Below, in pieces: positions 50,950 to 63,589 of a stretch of DNA of 64,000 nt. The stretch is from Vicugna vicugna. Its lineage: Eukaryota. The stretch is taken from contig MU058103.1 in the NCBI GenBank assembly GCA_013265495.1, positions 1,124,870 to 1,188,869 on the forward strand. The letters are read 5' to 3'. Below the pieces are notes generated by a model. The model saw only the letters and a program-made list of their open reading frames with translations, was not told the origin of the DNA and did not search any database. How positions within the stretch are numbered: position 1 is the stretch's first letter; each line of letters begins with the position of its first letter. Position numbers and translations under genes: made by a program.

Positions 50950-51165
50950 GTTAAGGCATATCTGGGTTTCAGTGTTTATTTCACCATTCACTTGCTGTAT
51001 GACATTATATAAGTCACTGAAACCTTCTGAGCTTCCGTTACCTCTTCTGTAAGATGAGGTTCATGATAATAACGTCCCCATAGGTTTGATAAAGTGATCA
51101 CATTAGCTTACATTCATAAAATATTTAATAGGCTGCTTAGCATATAAGGAGCCTTCATGGAATAT
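50950..51165 (+). mobile_element. MIR SINE
   Basis: tcaccattcacttgctgtatgac...aagtcactgaaaccttctgagcttccgttacctcttctgtaagatgagg. Confidence 0.7.
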
Positions 51166-51767
51166 TAATTGCCCTGATGATGATGAAGATGATGATTGAG
51201 GTGGAAGGGAAAAACTGAAAAAATCTTTGACCTTGAAAATGAATGTACTATAAAGAGCAGAAGAGATCCGTGGGTGGTAAACAGGAGGCGGGACGTGGCC
51301 TTGGCTAAGATTCAGGTTATTTATAACAAAAGGATAAGCAATGATGGAAAGCACATACCATTTCCCGCAGTTGTCAATGGTCACACCAAGGCTGCGTAGC
51401 CTTCTTTTCAAATAAACCAAGGTAATTTGGATATTGAGTACGGAGAAATTGGTACTCACAAATTCAGAGATTAACTAGTCCAACCCCTTTAAAATTTGGA
51501 GACAAGAAAGCTAAGTCTCAGAAGAATGGAGTGACTCACTTAGCATCACTCGGATGAGCAGTGGTGGGTTTGGCAATAACACGGGCCTTCTGGGTTCCCT
51601 GTCTGTGATCCTCTGCCCCACATAGCGTATGTTTCGGTCTGTTTAATTCATTGATTCATTTCTTCATTCACTACTAAGGATAGTTTATCCAGGTACTGTT
51701 CTTGGTGCAGGGGGCGGGGAAGAGTTATGGGTAAAACAGATACAGTTATGATTATCATGTGCTTATC

Positions 51768-52348
51768 CCGTTGGCACTCCAGATCCACAGGTTGCTCATC
51801 CATGGATTCAAGCAACAGATGATCCAAATATTTAGAAAAAACTCCTGAAAGTTCCCAAAAGCACAATTGAATTTGCCGCACGCCGACAACTATGTACGAT
51901 GGATTTTCGATCAACGTGGGTTTGAAATGCGTGGGTGTATTATATGGAGATTTTTTCACTAAATATGTTCTGCCATATTGCACAAATCATGACTTGCTGA
52001 ATCTGCAAAGGTGGAACCATGGAAACAGAGGGCTGACTAAAGTTATAAGTGGATTCTCAAATGAATGGGGCGGTGGGGGGTTTGGGGTCATTTCCCCTAA
52101 CCTCCACATTGTTCAAGGGTTAACTGTATGGAGCATTTACATTTTACATTGTATTTACATCTATGTACATGGCATTTACATTGTATTAGGTATTATATGT
52201 AATCTGGAGATGATTTAAAGTATACAGAGGGATGTGACTAGGTTATATGCAAATACTATTCATTTATATAAGACACTTGAGCATACGTGGATTTTGCTAT
52301 CTAAAGGAAATCCTGGAACAATCCCGCCTGGATACTAAGGGACAACTG
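51768..52348 (-). mobile_element. MER2-like Tigger-family MITE, split by a Tigger2-type MITE
   Basis: catccatggattcaagcaac...catttacattgtattaggtattatatgtaatctggagatgatttaaagtatac...ggatactaagggacaactg. Confidence 0.85.
51897..52126 (+). mobile_element. Tigger2-derived MITE nested in the MER2-like element
   Basis: TA flanks; caacgtgggtttgaaatgcgtggg near the left end, cccctaacctccacattgttcaagggttaactg at the right end. Confidence 0.8.
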
Positions 52349-52653
52349 CAGTCTAGTGGAGGAAACACACTATAAAAATAAATTTTAGAAGTGAATATAA
52401 TTATTAATAGTATAGTGAGATGCTAAACAGAAACTAATGGGGATAAATCCTAACTTGAGCTTCCTTTTTTATTGGCTCTGTAGCTTAAACAAGCCATTTG
52501 AAGTAACTGAGCCTCATTTCTCTTTTTGATCTACAGAAAAGAAATTATAATATTTCTTTTTCAAGGATTCTGTATGGATTTTAGATAATGTATACAGCAT
52601 ACGTTGACTACAGTACATGCATGAACACACCATGGTTATTAGTATTATTATTA

Positions 52654-52967
52654 CAGGCACACCTCGGAGATGTTGTGGGTTTTTTCCAGAACACTGCAGT
52701 AAAGTGAATATCACAACAAAACTGCTTACACAAATTTTTGGTTTCCCAGTGCATATAAAAGTTATACTTGCACTATACTGTAGTCTCTTAAGTGCACAAT
52801 AGCATTATGTCTAAAAAAAAATTCATACCTTAATTAAAAACTACTGTATTGCTAAAAATGCTAACCACAATATGACAATGCGGAGTTGCTACAAACTTTC
52901 AGTTTGTAAAAAATGCAATTTCTGTGGAGCTCAATAAAGCAAGGTACAGTAAAACGAGGTATGCCTG
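52654..52967 (-). mobile_element. Tigger1 internal-deletion MITE (314 bp)
   Basis: TIRs caggcacacctcg...cgaggtatgcctg, TA flanks; homologous to both ends of the Tigger1 at 29.9-32.2 kb. Confidence 0.93.
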
Positions 52968-52969
52968 TA

Positions 52970-53185
52970 TTAAGCACTAGTTATATTTCAGACCTCATTC
53001 TAAGGGCTTTGTTTTATTTTATTTTATTTTATCCTCACAAGAATCCTATGAAATGGATATTATTATTAATTTAGTTTCCCAAATGGGGAAACTGAGGCTC
53101 AAAAAGATGAGTTTACTTACCCAGAGCCACAGAGCTAATACATGGTGGAATCAGAATTCAACTCCAGAACTCTTAGTGAGAGCTT
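52970..53185 (-). mobile_element. MIR SINE
   Basis: atcctcacaagaatcctatga...aaatggggaaactgaggctc...cttacccagagccacagagcta. Confidence 0.8.
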
Positions 53186-53445
53186 GAAGCTGCTCCCTCA
53201 AAGGCACCCACACAGGAACATGGGCAGTGTTTCCTGCCCTTCGTTTAGCAAGGAGTGAAGATTCTTGAAGTTTTGCAGGGTGGTTTCTTTAAGCCCCAGA
53301 ATCCTCATTGTTGATAAAATAGGATTAAATGGTCACTTTAGGTTTTGTTGAGGTTGAAGTGCTCTAAGGTAAATACATTTCAACATAGTGTTCAACAAAT
53401 AGTCAGGACTAAATACATACCCTGTCCCTTTTTCTGTCCTTCCTT

Positions 53446-53632
53446 CCTCTTTTAAAATTTCCTTTTTATTTATTTATTTATATTATTTATTAAATTGAAG
53501 TATAGTCAGTTACAATGTGTCAGTTTCTGGTGTACAGCACAGTGTCCCAGTCATGTATATACATACATATATTTGTTTTCATATTCTTTTTCATTAAAGG
53601 TTATTACAAGATATTGAACATAATTCCCTTTG
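53446..53632 (-). mobile_element. Very short L1 3' end with TSD
   Basis: (ttta)n then aattgaagtatagtcagttacaatgtgtcagtttctggtgtacagc; TSD ctgtccttcctt at 53434-53445 and 53633-53644. Confidence 0.88.
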
Positions 53633-53707
53633 CTGTCCTTCCTTTCTGACTTCCCACTTTGTTCACTTTTTGGAGGATCCTTTATTGACTCATCAAACAG
53701 TACTTAA

Positions 53708-54530
53708 AAAATCAAAACTGCAGTGAGGTATCACCTCATACTGGTTAGAATGGCCATCATCAAAAAATCTACAAGTAATAATTGCTAGAGAGGGTGTGTG
53801 GAGAAAAGGGACCCCTCCTACAATGTTGGTGGGATTATAAATTGCTGCAGCCACTATGGAAAATAGTATGCAAGTTCCTTAAAAAAACTAAAAAATAGTT
53901 ACCATATAATCTAGCAGTCCCACTCCTGGGCATATGGGAAAAAAAAAAAACAAAACTCTAATTTGAAAAAATACATGAACCCCAATTTTCATAGCAGAAT
54001 TATTTATAATAGCCAAGATATGAAAACAACCCAGGTGCCCATTAACAGATGACTGGTTTCAGAAGATGTGACAACATACACATATTGGAATATTACTAAG
54101 CCATAAAAATAATGAAATAGTGCCATTTGCAGCAAAATGGATGGACCTAGAGAGAGTTGTATTTAGTGAAGTAAGTCAGACAGAAAAAGACAAATACCAT
54201 ATGATATCACTTATATGTAGAATCTAAAAAATAATATGAATAAATCTATATACAAAATAGAAACAGACTCACAGATCTAGAAAACAAACTTATAGTTACA
54301 AAAGGCGAGAGGGAGGGAGGGATAAATTAGGAATATGGAATTAACAGATACACACTACTAGACATAAAATAGGTAAGCAACAAGGATTTACTATATAGCA
54401 CAGGGAATTATACTGAATACCTTGTAACAACCTATAATGGAATATAATCTGAAGAAAAAATGACTGAATCACTACTGTACACCTGAGAAGAACACAATAT
54501 TGTAAATCATTTAAACTTAAAAAAAAAAAA
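53708..54530 (+). mobile_element. 5'-truncated L1 (ORF2 end, 3' UTR, poly-A) inside an L2 tail
   Basis: gaggtatcacctcatactggttagaatggccatcatcaaaaaatctac...gccatttgcagcaaaatggatggacctagag...A12 tail. Confidence 0.95.
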
Positions 54531-55019
54531 GTCTACCAGATGCAAAGCACTGATCTGGCATGACAGGGACAAGGAGAAACAGAAATGGATCTAGACTGAC
54601 CCTACACTCTAAGAAGAATTTTTTTGATGTTTTGTGCCTCTTCAGTCCCCCAGTAATAATTGTATTTCATGATGACTTGAGATGTGCTGTTAGCCCAACA
54701 ATTTTAGGCCTATGAAAGCCTGGAGTCAAAGCCCCACCTCTGCGTTGTAACCCCAACAGCATGGTGGGGAGAGGTATTTATGAACACGCGCATTGTATAC
54801 ATGCCCAGGAGCAGAGAGAATATCACCCCGGGAAGCCACAAGGCTATCTGATAGGAAAAGCAACATTTTTATTTTAAGTGCTACCTGGAAATTGGTGAAG
54901 TTTTGTTTGTTTGCTTTGTTTTGTTTTAGTTTTCCCCCACTCCTAGTGAGGTTTTATTTTTATCATTTCCACAGCTGTACGTATTTTATCCCAGCAGATG
55001 CACCTGGAACTTCCAAGTG

Positions 55020-55265
55020 GGTCACGATGAGAGCCAGTGCGCGCTGGGGGGGAGGGTGAAGGCCGGGAAGCAGCAGGGGTGACCCCGCAGGGCTGAGCCA
55101 TCACGAAGCCCACAGCGTTCGACACCGCGCTCGCTCCTGTCCTGGGCCTTCTCCACGCTCGCGGCTGGCGCGGCCGTGTGCGCCGAACAAAGCCCGACGG
55201 GGTAGACTAGAAGGCCATGTGTGGGAAAAGTGGCTTGAGGGGCTGTAAGCACGCGCCCCGCATCT
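55020..55265. promoter_or_regulatory. Small CpG-island-like patch
   Basis: About 24 CpG in 240 bp by hand count, GC-rich, no recognised repeat; function unknown. Confidence 0.45.
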
Positions 55266-55709
55266 TTTCTTCCTGGCTCTTTTAAGGCTGTTGGGGACAC
55301 AGGTTGAGAGACAAGGCACCACGGAGTAAGTGGGCTCTTCAAGGCCAGAGCCTCCTCCACACTCCCTGCTCCCAACAAGCCAAACGAAAATATACTGGGC
55401 TCTTTCGTCCCTTGTCACTTCTCCAGTTCATGTAGTGAAAGAAGACTGCAACCTCAGAAGTTCAAGGCCCTGAGCGAAGGGGCAGATTGGACAGTGGTTT
55501 GGTACATGGCCTTGGTAACCAGGCAACCTGGGACACCATTTGCCAACTGAGTAGCTTTAGGCAAATTGCCTCTTATCTCCAAAGGCTGGGTAAACGTAAC
55601 AGACCATCTCACAGGAAACAGAAATAAAGTAATGCCAGTAAAGTGCTAGCGCGTAACAAGCAACAAATAGGTATTACACCTACCCTGGTATTAATGTTGT
55701 TAGTACACT

Positions 55710-56150
55710 GTGTGGATGTATGAACCAGTAATTATAATACAATGTATTTTACACAATAACAGAGGCATACACACATTCTGTTCATAGTAGCTCTGAAGGT
55801 TTCAGGAGAGCTCTAGAGGAGGAGACACATGCACTGGAGCTGAAAGAATGTGTAGGATTCAACCAGAAAGTGTGGTTACGTCAGTGAGGTGATGGGAGGA
55901 GACAGAGACCAAACTTTGTGGATGAAAGCAGGAGGTGTGAAATGTCGTAGTTTATTCAGGGAACTGTCAGTCGTTTGGTACTGCTTGAGCTCAGGATCTG
56001 AAATGGCAAAGTGTGATTGGAGATGAGGCCGCAAGGATGGGCGAGGGCTGGATCATGAAGGGTCTTGTCTGCATGGACCTGCATTTTATCCTGCACACTA
56101 GGGAGGCCTGCAGGATATAAACGACGGAAGGCTATTAATTTGCATGTGTA
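55710..56150 (-). mobile_element. L2 fragment
   Basis: ctggagctgaaagaatgtgtaggattcaaccag...ggagatgaggccgcaagg...gggctggatcatgaagggtcttg. Confidence 0.65.
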
Positions 56151-56552
56151 TCTGGATTCGGTACTTTGGACTACTTACTCATCTACTCTTTCATTTGCTC
56201 AGTTTGTTGAGATAGCAGCAACAGATATTTTAATCCCCTTTTTTGGGTTGGGGAAATAATTTATGGAGACAACCAAGAGTATAGCACTTTGAAGCTGGAT
56301 CTTAAAGATCTGAGCATACTTCCCAGGACCTGCCCTTTTTACTGCTCCTCATCTCAACTAGCCGCAAGACAGCCACAGAGATCAGAAGGCTTCTTTGTGC
56401 CCGCTTTCTCTCTCTCTTTGCTCCATAGTAGGCACTAAGTTACAGACCTCCTTCTGATCACTCCGTCTGATCCAGTATTGCTATGCTATTCTTCAATATG
56501 ATAATATTATTTTATAAGACAATATTGCTTTTCTGCTCAGCTCTTCCTCACA

Positions 56553-56722
56553 AAGGAATTCTGTATAGCATAGAAAATGAAATTCAATACCTTGCAATAG
56601 CTTATAATGAAAAAGAATATGAAAAGGAATATATATATATACTATGCTGTACACCAGAAACTAACACAATACTGTAAATCGACTATACTTTAATGAAGAA
56701 GAAGAAGGAGGAGGAGGAGGAG
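56553..56722 (+). mobile_element. Short L1 3' end with (GAA)n(GGA)n tail
   Basis: ctgtatagcatagaaaatgaaattcaataccttgcaatagcttataatgaaaaagaatatg...gctgtacaccagaaactaacacaatactgtaaatcgactatacttt. Confidence 0.85.
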
Positions 56723-56739
56723 ATAGGCAGAAAGAAGAA

Positions 56740-57230
56740 AATAGAAAACCAGCATTAGGCAGACATCATATGAGAAAATGTTGCAGATAAAATCTACCAA
56801 TGGCCGCTAAAATTCACAGATGAAAGTCTGAGTAGAAACAGGATTTGCATTGTCCCAAAGTATCTCTCCCATTATACTTACCCAGCTACAAGGAAAAAGA
56901 TAGTAACTTGACAATGGAGAAATCCAGAATACACTTACTTAACCAAGTGGACAAAGTTAACATGGCCAGTAATAAGACATAACAACATCATGAACACCTT
57001 GATATGATGCAAAGAGAAGAATACATCGTTTTGACAAAAATTTACAGCCTCACTTTAATTACTGAAACAGTCAGACAAAGTTAAATTGAGGACCGTTCTA
57101 TGAAATAACTTCTTAGTACTTTACAAGTGTCAACATTACAAAAAATAGTGAAGGACCTGAGATTGTTCACAGGCTAAAGGAAATAAAGGAACAATAATTA
57201 AATGTAATGTGAGGTCTTACAGGATAAATG
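56740..57230 (+). mobile_element. Ancient L1M (L1MC-like) 3' UTR fragment
   Basis: tagtaacttgacaatggagaaatc...cttaaccaagtggacaaagttaacatggccagtaat...cagacaaagttaaattgaggacc. Confidence 0.75.
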
Positions 57231-57634
57231 CCAGGACTTACCCTCCATGGCAGTCTTGAGAGAGGGTTTTCTCCTTAGGTACCCATCTTTGGGCCTTTGG
57301 GCAGTGCCAATCTGGTGACTGTATTACATAAAAAGGGGAAGAAGTCAAGGAACAGGGGGGCAAAACGTTTCTATATCCTGGGGAGGGTGGGTGGCAGATA
57401 CTGTTGCTGTTAAAATGATTGGATTATTGTATCTCTTGCAAGGAGTAAAAATAGTCTAATCATTAATTACATAACATATTATAGCAGATAACATTTTTAT
57501 CTATTACTGTAATTGATCCCCAAATAATATGACCTAGTTAATACTAACAACTATACAGATAAAGGAACAGAGAGAGAGAGAGTTTATGTGACCGCAACAG
57601 GATTACACATATAAGGTATGTGTGGGGATGCAGA

Positions 57635-57870
57635 GTGGCATAGTATAAAGAACATGAATTTAAAGTTGAACCATCTCTGTGTGAATCTTGGTTCTGTCAT
57701 TTACTACTTGAGAGACTGAGGTCGTAATACAGTTGCCTGAGACTCAATTTTTGACCTTAAAAAAAAAAAGACACAATATATTCCTCTTAATGTTGTTGTG
57801 AAGTTGAAGTCATGTAAGACATTTCAAATGACTAGTACAGTGTCTGACACACAGGGGAAGCTGCCGTTTT
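57635..57870 (+). mobile_element. MIR SINE
   Basis: gtggcatagtataaagaacatg...tgtgaatcttggttctgtcatttactac...tagtacagtgtctgacaca. Confidence 0.7.
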
Positions 57871-58811
57871 ATTTGTTGTGATACTTGTTGTAATAACTGT
57901 TGTTTTGATGAGGAAGATGATGACAGCTTGTTTAGCTAAAATTTGAACCCAGGACTTTTGTCTTTAGACATTATACTCTTTATAAATGCACCGCTCCACC
58001 CGCCTCCTCCAGCCTCTGTCTCTCAAGCATTAGGCAAAAGAGTTTAAATTTGATTTTTTAATCTACTTTTAAGTATAATCAAAGTCTGCATGTTCATACA
58101 AATTACAACATTTGGATTGGCACCACCATCACACAGTCTTATATTAATGTTTATGTGTGTAAAGAAAGAGCTGGCACTAACTATACATTGCATACAAAAT
58201 AAAACCAAAACAAAATATAAACCACACATTGCAAAACAAAAATAAAACCAAAAGTTCCCATTCTTGCAAGGTAAGCAGAGAAAACACCATTAACAGCAAC
58301 GCTCAGTCAAGCAGGCAGTCCCAGCACATCAGGGTGTGTAACTGAAAGAGCTGCTGATTGGAAACCAAGAAAGTGTGTGAGTTATGTTACTTGCTTTGTG
58401 AACACAAAACAGACCTCACCTGAAAGGTACAGAGAGAGTGCGTGGAACTCTGGAGAGCCTTAGCAGGGGACTTCCCTTCAGCAGGAAGTCGAGGATGTGT
58501 GAATGCAGCTCAAGCAAAATCTGTTTGCTTTTAGGGTTTGTGACTGACGACACATTGCTAAGACCTTCGTCCCAAACGAAACAAGATATCAAGTCCGTGA
58601 TCCCCCAGGCAGCTCACTTTAATAATGACTTCTTTTACAGTAGTGAGTTTTTAGAGCCAGAATGTTCACTGTCCATTTGCTCGCTAGAGGTTTCAAAAGG
58701 TTGTGTGTATTATTTCACTTTTTAGAAGTTGAAATGGTACTAAGCTGCTTAAATGTTTGTGTAATTAAATCTCCCACTTATAAAACATTGAATCGGCACC
58801 TACAGTTGTGA

Positions 58812-59030
58812 TAATAACTGCCATTTGTTGACCACCAGAAGGCGTCGGGATCTATGGGGATACTCTGTGCATATTTTATCTAATCCTGAGGAAGACATTC
58901 CTAGGTAATGTGTTCCTTGTTTTGTAGATAAGGAAACTGAGCCTTGGTGTTAATGCACTCGCCCCAAGTTACACAGCTACTCCATAGTAAAGGTAGGAGT
59001 CAAACCCATCTCTCTATTCCTGTATTCCTT
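58812..59030 (-). mobile_element. MIR SINE
   Basis: taactgccatttgttgacc...gttttgtagataaggaaactgagcc...cccaagttacacagcta. Confidence 0.75.
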
Positions 59031-60009
59031 ATACTCTCTTATATTATCTCTAGGCACATACTGTCCCCAGTAGAGGAAAAGCAATCCAGCGGTATAGGTA
59101 TGTCTATGTCATAAGAAATTGTCTTTAAGTTCCAATTTTTCCACTTCAAAAATGAGCTGGGTATCCATCAGATGCTTGCTTCATCACTTAGCAGCTAGGG
59201 GACCCTGGCATCTTTCCTTCCTGTAGTGTGGGGGCTGCAGCATCTATCAGAGTGGACTGCATTGGCATTAAAGGGAGAGATCTGCATATGCCTTTACCAA
59301 GTGCATGTTCATTCATTCATCCTTTTAATAAGCTTCCAGTGAATGTCTGGGAGCCCCATGCTGTGCTTGGGTGACACTGAATGACTAATGAACACTCTTT
59401 CCCTTTGTATTTCCATCCCAGAAAGTTTTCATTCTGTCAAAAAAGTCACATTACTCAGTTTGGTGCAGAAGTCTCAAAATCCAGGATCAAAAAAGAGGAG
59501 TTTTGGTGAGCAAACTTGTGTAAAAGGGAGAGTTTTTCTTTGAATGTTTTCCCCTTCACAGAGAAAAAGTCCATTCATTTTGCATCGTGGATATGGATGT
59601 TTAGTGGTAAAAAAAGAAATCACGTGAAAGAAACAACTTAAGCTTAATTCCACCAAGGTGAAACTGAGTCACATTTGGAAGAACAATTTGCGGTTAAGGT
59701 CAGCCACACAATAAAGCATTTGCAACATTTTTACTGGTTCAATTTTGGGACAAAAATGTGCTAATGAATATTCAGCCATTACGTCTGGTATGGTGTTGCA
59801 TCTCAAGTGTTTAATGTCACACTAGTCATTCATTTATAAATACACCACAGCATTTCTCTGCTGGCCGTTTGAACACAGTTGAAAGCTACAGTTGAACAAT
59901 GCAGACCTGTGATGTGCTGAATATGGAGCAAAGCTTTTTCTCCTACCTGGATCCTAGAAAGTCAAAGCTCTAAAGGGAGCAGATTTTGAGGAACAGAAAT
60001 TTGCACTCA

Positions 60010-60115
60010 CAGTGTCAGAAGGCTCAGAGAGATGTTTGAAGCCATCTGTTCTAACACCTCATTTCATAAATGAGAACTCTGAGGCCCAGAGAGGCTAACG
60101 GACTTACCCAGTCCC
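60010..60115 (-). mobile_element. MIR fragment
   Basis: cctcatttcataaatgagaactctgaggcccagagaggctaacggacttaccc. Confidence 0.75.
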
Positions 60116-62489
60116 AAAACAAATTGCCAAAGATTGGCAATTTTGGTGACAAGAGTGAACAGATTGAAACATTCAGTTATGCCAATGAAGTGTAGGTGAG
60201 AGGAGGGCAGAAGAAGAGGGAAGGGAGCAGGGAGAGGGTGTGACCCTGGACTTCAGCCACTGCCCCCATTGCCAAGTGACTGTAGAGTGAGGGTGGGCTG
60301 ATCCATCATCTGGTGCCCGGGCTCTTTCTGTTAAACCACGTTGTCTCTCCATATGGGAAAACTCCAGGTCCTAATTGCTTCATTTAAGATCTAAATGCAG
60401 TCTCTCCTCCAACCCTGCATGCCTGCTTCTTACTCTGTTAAATATCTGGGGAAAGTCAGCATGGCCAAGATGCACGACTTCTTGTACTTTTCAAGAAATA
60501 CGTGATTGAGAGTCAATGGCTATTTCTCCCTGCTGCTCTTCTGAGAGTTTTGTAAGACATGACACATAGCACTGGCACCTACACTTCACATCCTGGTCTT
60601 AGGTCAGGCTAGAACAGCCACCTGAAATCCTTTCCTATCCTCTGGAGGTAGCTTGCACCATGCTCAACTTGAGGGTGTGGAGAAATATCTCATGCCCCCC
60701 AAATGTCCGCTAGGGGACATTAGTGCATGACAGATCTCGGTATAATTGTTTTAGATACCATTAACCCCAAGGCCTGGGAAAGCCCAGGCTCTCCCCACAA
60801 CTTCCGTACATCCTACGAGCTTACACCTTTTATGCATCTCTTTGCTGCTAACATATTTGTCCTTTCTGGTTGTCTGTGTTTTGCTACACATCGACCCACG
60901 CAGAGCTGAAAACATTCACTGATTTCTGCAAGGAATTTGCACACACCAAACACCTTGTGAGGTTAACTGAGTCTCCATAGTTTGGGAAAGTCATGGAGAG
61001 GTGTCACACTTTTCCATCTAAAGTTTCTTGCTTCTTGCTGGCTTCCTCCCTCCCTTCCCTGATGACGCCTCTCTTCCTCTCCTTCGCTGTGCTTCAGCCC
61101 CACCCTCCCCTCCCTGCGGCCTGCAGAGCCATCCTCTTCTCCTCCGTTCTTACTCTCAGACCCAAATCCAGAGACAGATCCAAAGGGATCTCGACTGAAG
61201 AGGGAAAACGTTGTCCAGTCAAGATTACTGACTTCTTACACTGGGTGATGATCTAAAGTGACCTCTGGGGAATCCCTGTGAAGAGGTTAAGAGCCTTGCC
61301 CTCCCCTCTACACCTTCACGTCTGGGCGGGTTCTTTTGGTTTAGTAAAGATTAGCCAACTCCAGGGAAGAAGACTGCTCTCTGGTTAGCCTCTGGGGAGG
61401 AAGAAAGGAGAACAGGATATTCAGTACTGTTTGTATCTCCTGAATGTCAAGGATGAGAATACTGAGATTAGGGGGGAAAATGGTCAACCATCCACCCTTC
61501 ATTCTCTTTAGACAAAGGGACACAGTCTGGAGGCAGTGGACTCTAGAAACTAACTGTGTGAGTGGCACTTACTTCTCAAGTTGAGCCTTATGAAATGACT
61601 GTCTGTATCAAATGGCAAAAATGTGCCTTGGGCTTATTACCCACGGCCTGAAGTGTCTCATTCAGGACATCTGCCGAATTCCTCTTAAGAGCATGGGTCT
61701 GGGTGTACTGCATCCCCCGTACTGGCTCAGTTTTACAAATGCTTGTGGACTCTCCTCCCATCTTCACCCCTTTTGTTAAAGTCCCCATCAAAACCAGTCT
61801 GAGTAGCCAGTTTCCCCTTTTTTTTCTTGTCCTATTGGTTTTAAGTGCAATCTTTGATCTTTGTGATCTTTGTCCTCTGATGGTATGAGAAGAAAGTGAG
61901 TGAGCCTGTAGAAGAAGAGCCAGCTGGCTCCATGTGTGTTCTTACTGCTGCCTCTGATTTCTAGTGCTGTGTGACCCAGTGGTGGCCCCTGAAGAGCTTG
62001 GTAACTGTCATCACTGGCAAGAGCCCTATTTTCACAGCGGCACATAGTGCCTTCCTCAGAGGAGAGCAAGGAGGGAGGGTGCCTGGCCAGAAAAGCCTAG
62101 CTATTAAATGTGTCATCAGCCAGTCACTGCCAGTACAGGCTGGTGATTAGCATCAAGGACATTGAGCCTCAAGGAGTAAGGACCTGAGCAACACCTGCAC
62201 ACTTTTAAACAACAAATGTGTCCTGACTGCAGGGAGCCCCATCTCCAGTCTTCGATTCAGAGCTATGTTTGAATTCTTGCTTCAGAAACCCCTGTCTAGG
62301 CCTGGCTGAAGGTGTCCTCCAGGAATTGAAGCCTTGGTTTTGGTTCCCGAGTCTGAGTTAGCTATTTCCTGGGGTTTGAAACAGCAAGTTAACATGCAAA
62401 AATAGAACTGAAAATACACAAAGTAAAACTTTTAATTTGCTTTGCATTTTCAAACGTGTGAGGTATGAAACAGTACAGTATGTTTTAGG

Positions 62490-63000
62490 GAAGAAAAGCT
62501 GGCTCAGAGTGACAGGAACAGTCACAGAGAGAGGAGAGTGGCAATTGATGGGGAAAAAAAGATCAGATCATGAAGTCCTTGGGAATCATGTTAAGAAACC
62601 TGGGCAACATCAAAGATTATTTGGGATTGGTAAAGGTTTTCAATCAAGGAATTTACACAATCAGATCTGCATTTGATGAAGACTAACCGGGAGCAACATG
62701 GAGAATGGAATGCAGTGTAGCAGGAAAAGGGGGGAATTTTGAGGCCAGATTAGGAAGCCCTCTGGGAGATTGCAGCAAACCATGATGAAAGAATGGACTA
62801 AGGGTGAGGGAGTCAGGTTGGTGAGAAGGGATTGACTCTCTTTAGTGTGTTTAGAGGACGAGGTTTGATAAACTGTGGTTTAGAAGAGAAGCAAAGGAAG
62901 ACGGAGCAGAACTCTGAGACTTCGGGCTTGGGAAATGTATCAGCTTGTAACAGAAGGCTGGATCACGAATGGCCGGGGTTTAGCTGAGCAGATGTCTGAG
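62490..63000 (-). mobile_element. L2 fragment
   Basis: cagatcatgaagtccttgggaatcatgttaagaa...aaggttttcaatcaagg...atcagatctgcattt. Confidence 0.65.
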
Positions 63001-63589
63001 AGTCTGGGCGTCATCAGCTACCACGTTTGTGAAGCCAGAGAGTCAGAGTGAAGGGTTCTGAATTTTGAGTCGCTTGCCCAGTCTTGATTGGAAATACCAC
63101 TCATTCACCAAAGAGACAAACTACCGATTAGCTGCCTCAAGGAAGTGTTTTCTTTGCAATCTGAAGAGTGTTAATTCCAAACTTGCCAGTGGAAGGTACA
63201 GCAGCCCTGAGCTTGCTGTGACCATCTTCGTGTGTTAGTGACAACTCCCTTTCCCGTCAGTGCAGTGACATGAACATGTTCTTCCAGTTCCACTCATTTA
63301 CACTGTCTTTGGCACGTGTTTTCCATCTTTGCTCCTCTTCTGCCCTCTAATTTTAGAATTAATTCACATGGAAGACACCAGACTTCTTTCAGTATACTAA
63401 CATTGTCAGAGCAGTGATTGTGTGAGCTTGGGTTTTATTCAGGAGACGATGTTAGGTCGGGGTAAAGTTATGATGGCTCTCGAAATGAATGGTACTGATA
63501 CCTCAGTCTGTTTTCTTTCTTTTCAGTCACATTCCACAGTCAGCCAAGTCACTAAATATTATCATTTCTCTTTTCTGAGTATGAGCATG

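Noticed and set aside
54793..55418. ORFs across the CpG patch
   Set aside because: Explained by low stop-codon frequency in GC-rich DNA; no recognised homology
58533..58650. Possible plus-strand exon after tttgcttttag (GFVTDDTLLRPSSQTKQDIKSVIPQ)
   Set aside because: Weak donor and unrecognised peptide; needs RNA-seq or BLASTX evidence
60121..60143. Perfect 10-bp inverted repeat aaattgccaa-aga-ttggcaattt
   Set aside because: Too short for a miRNA or MITE, half-sites are in the wrong order for NFI, and it is compatible with chance or a local template switch
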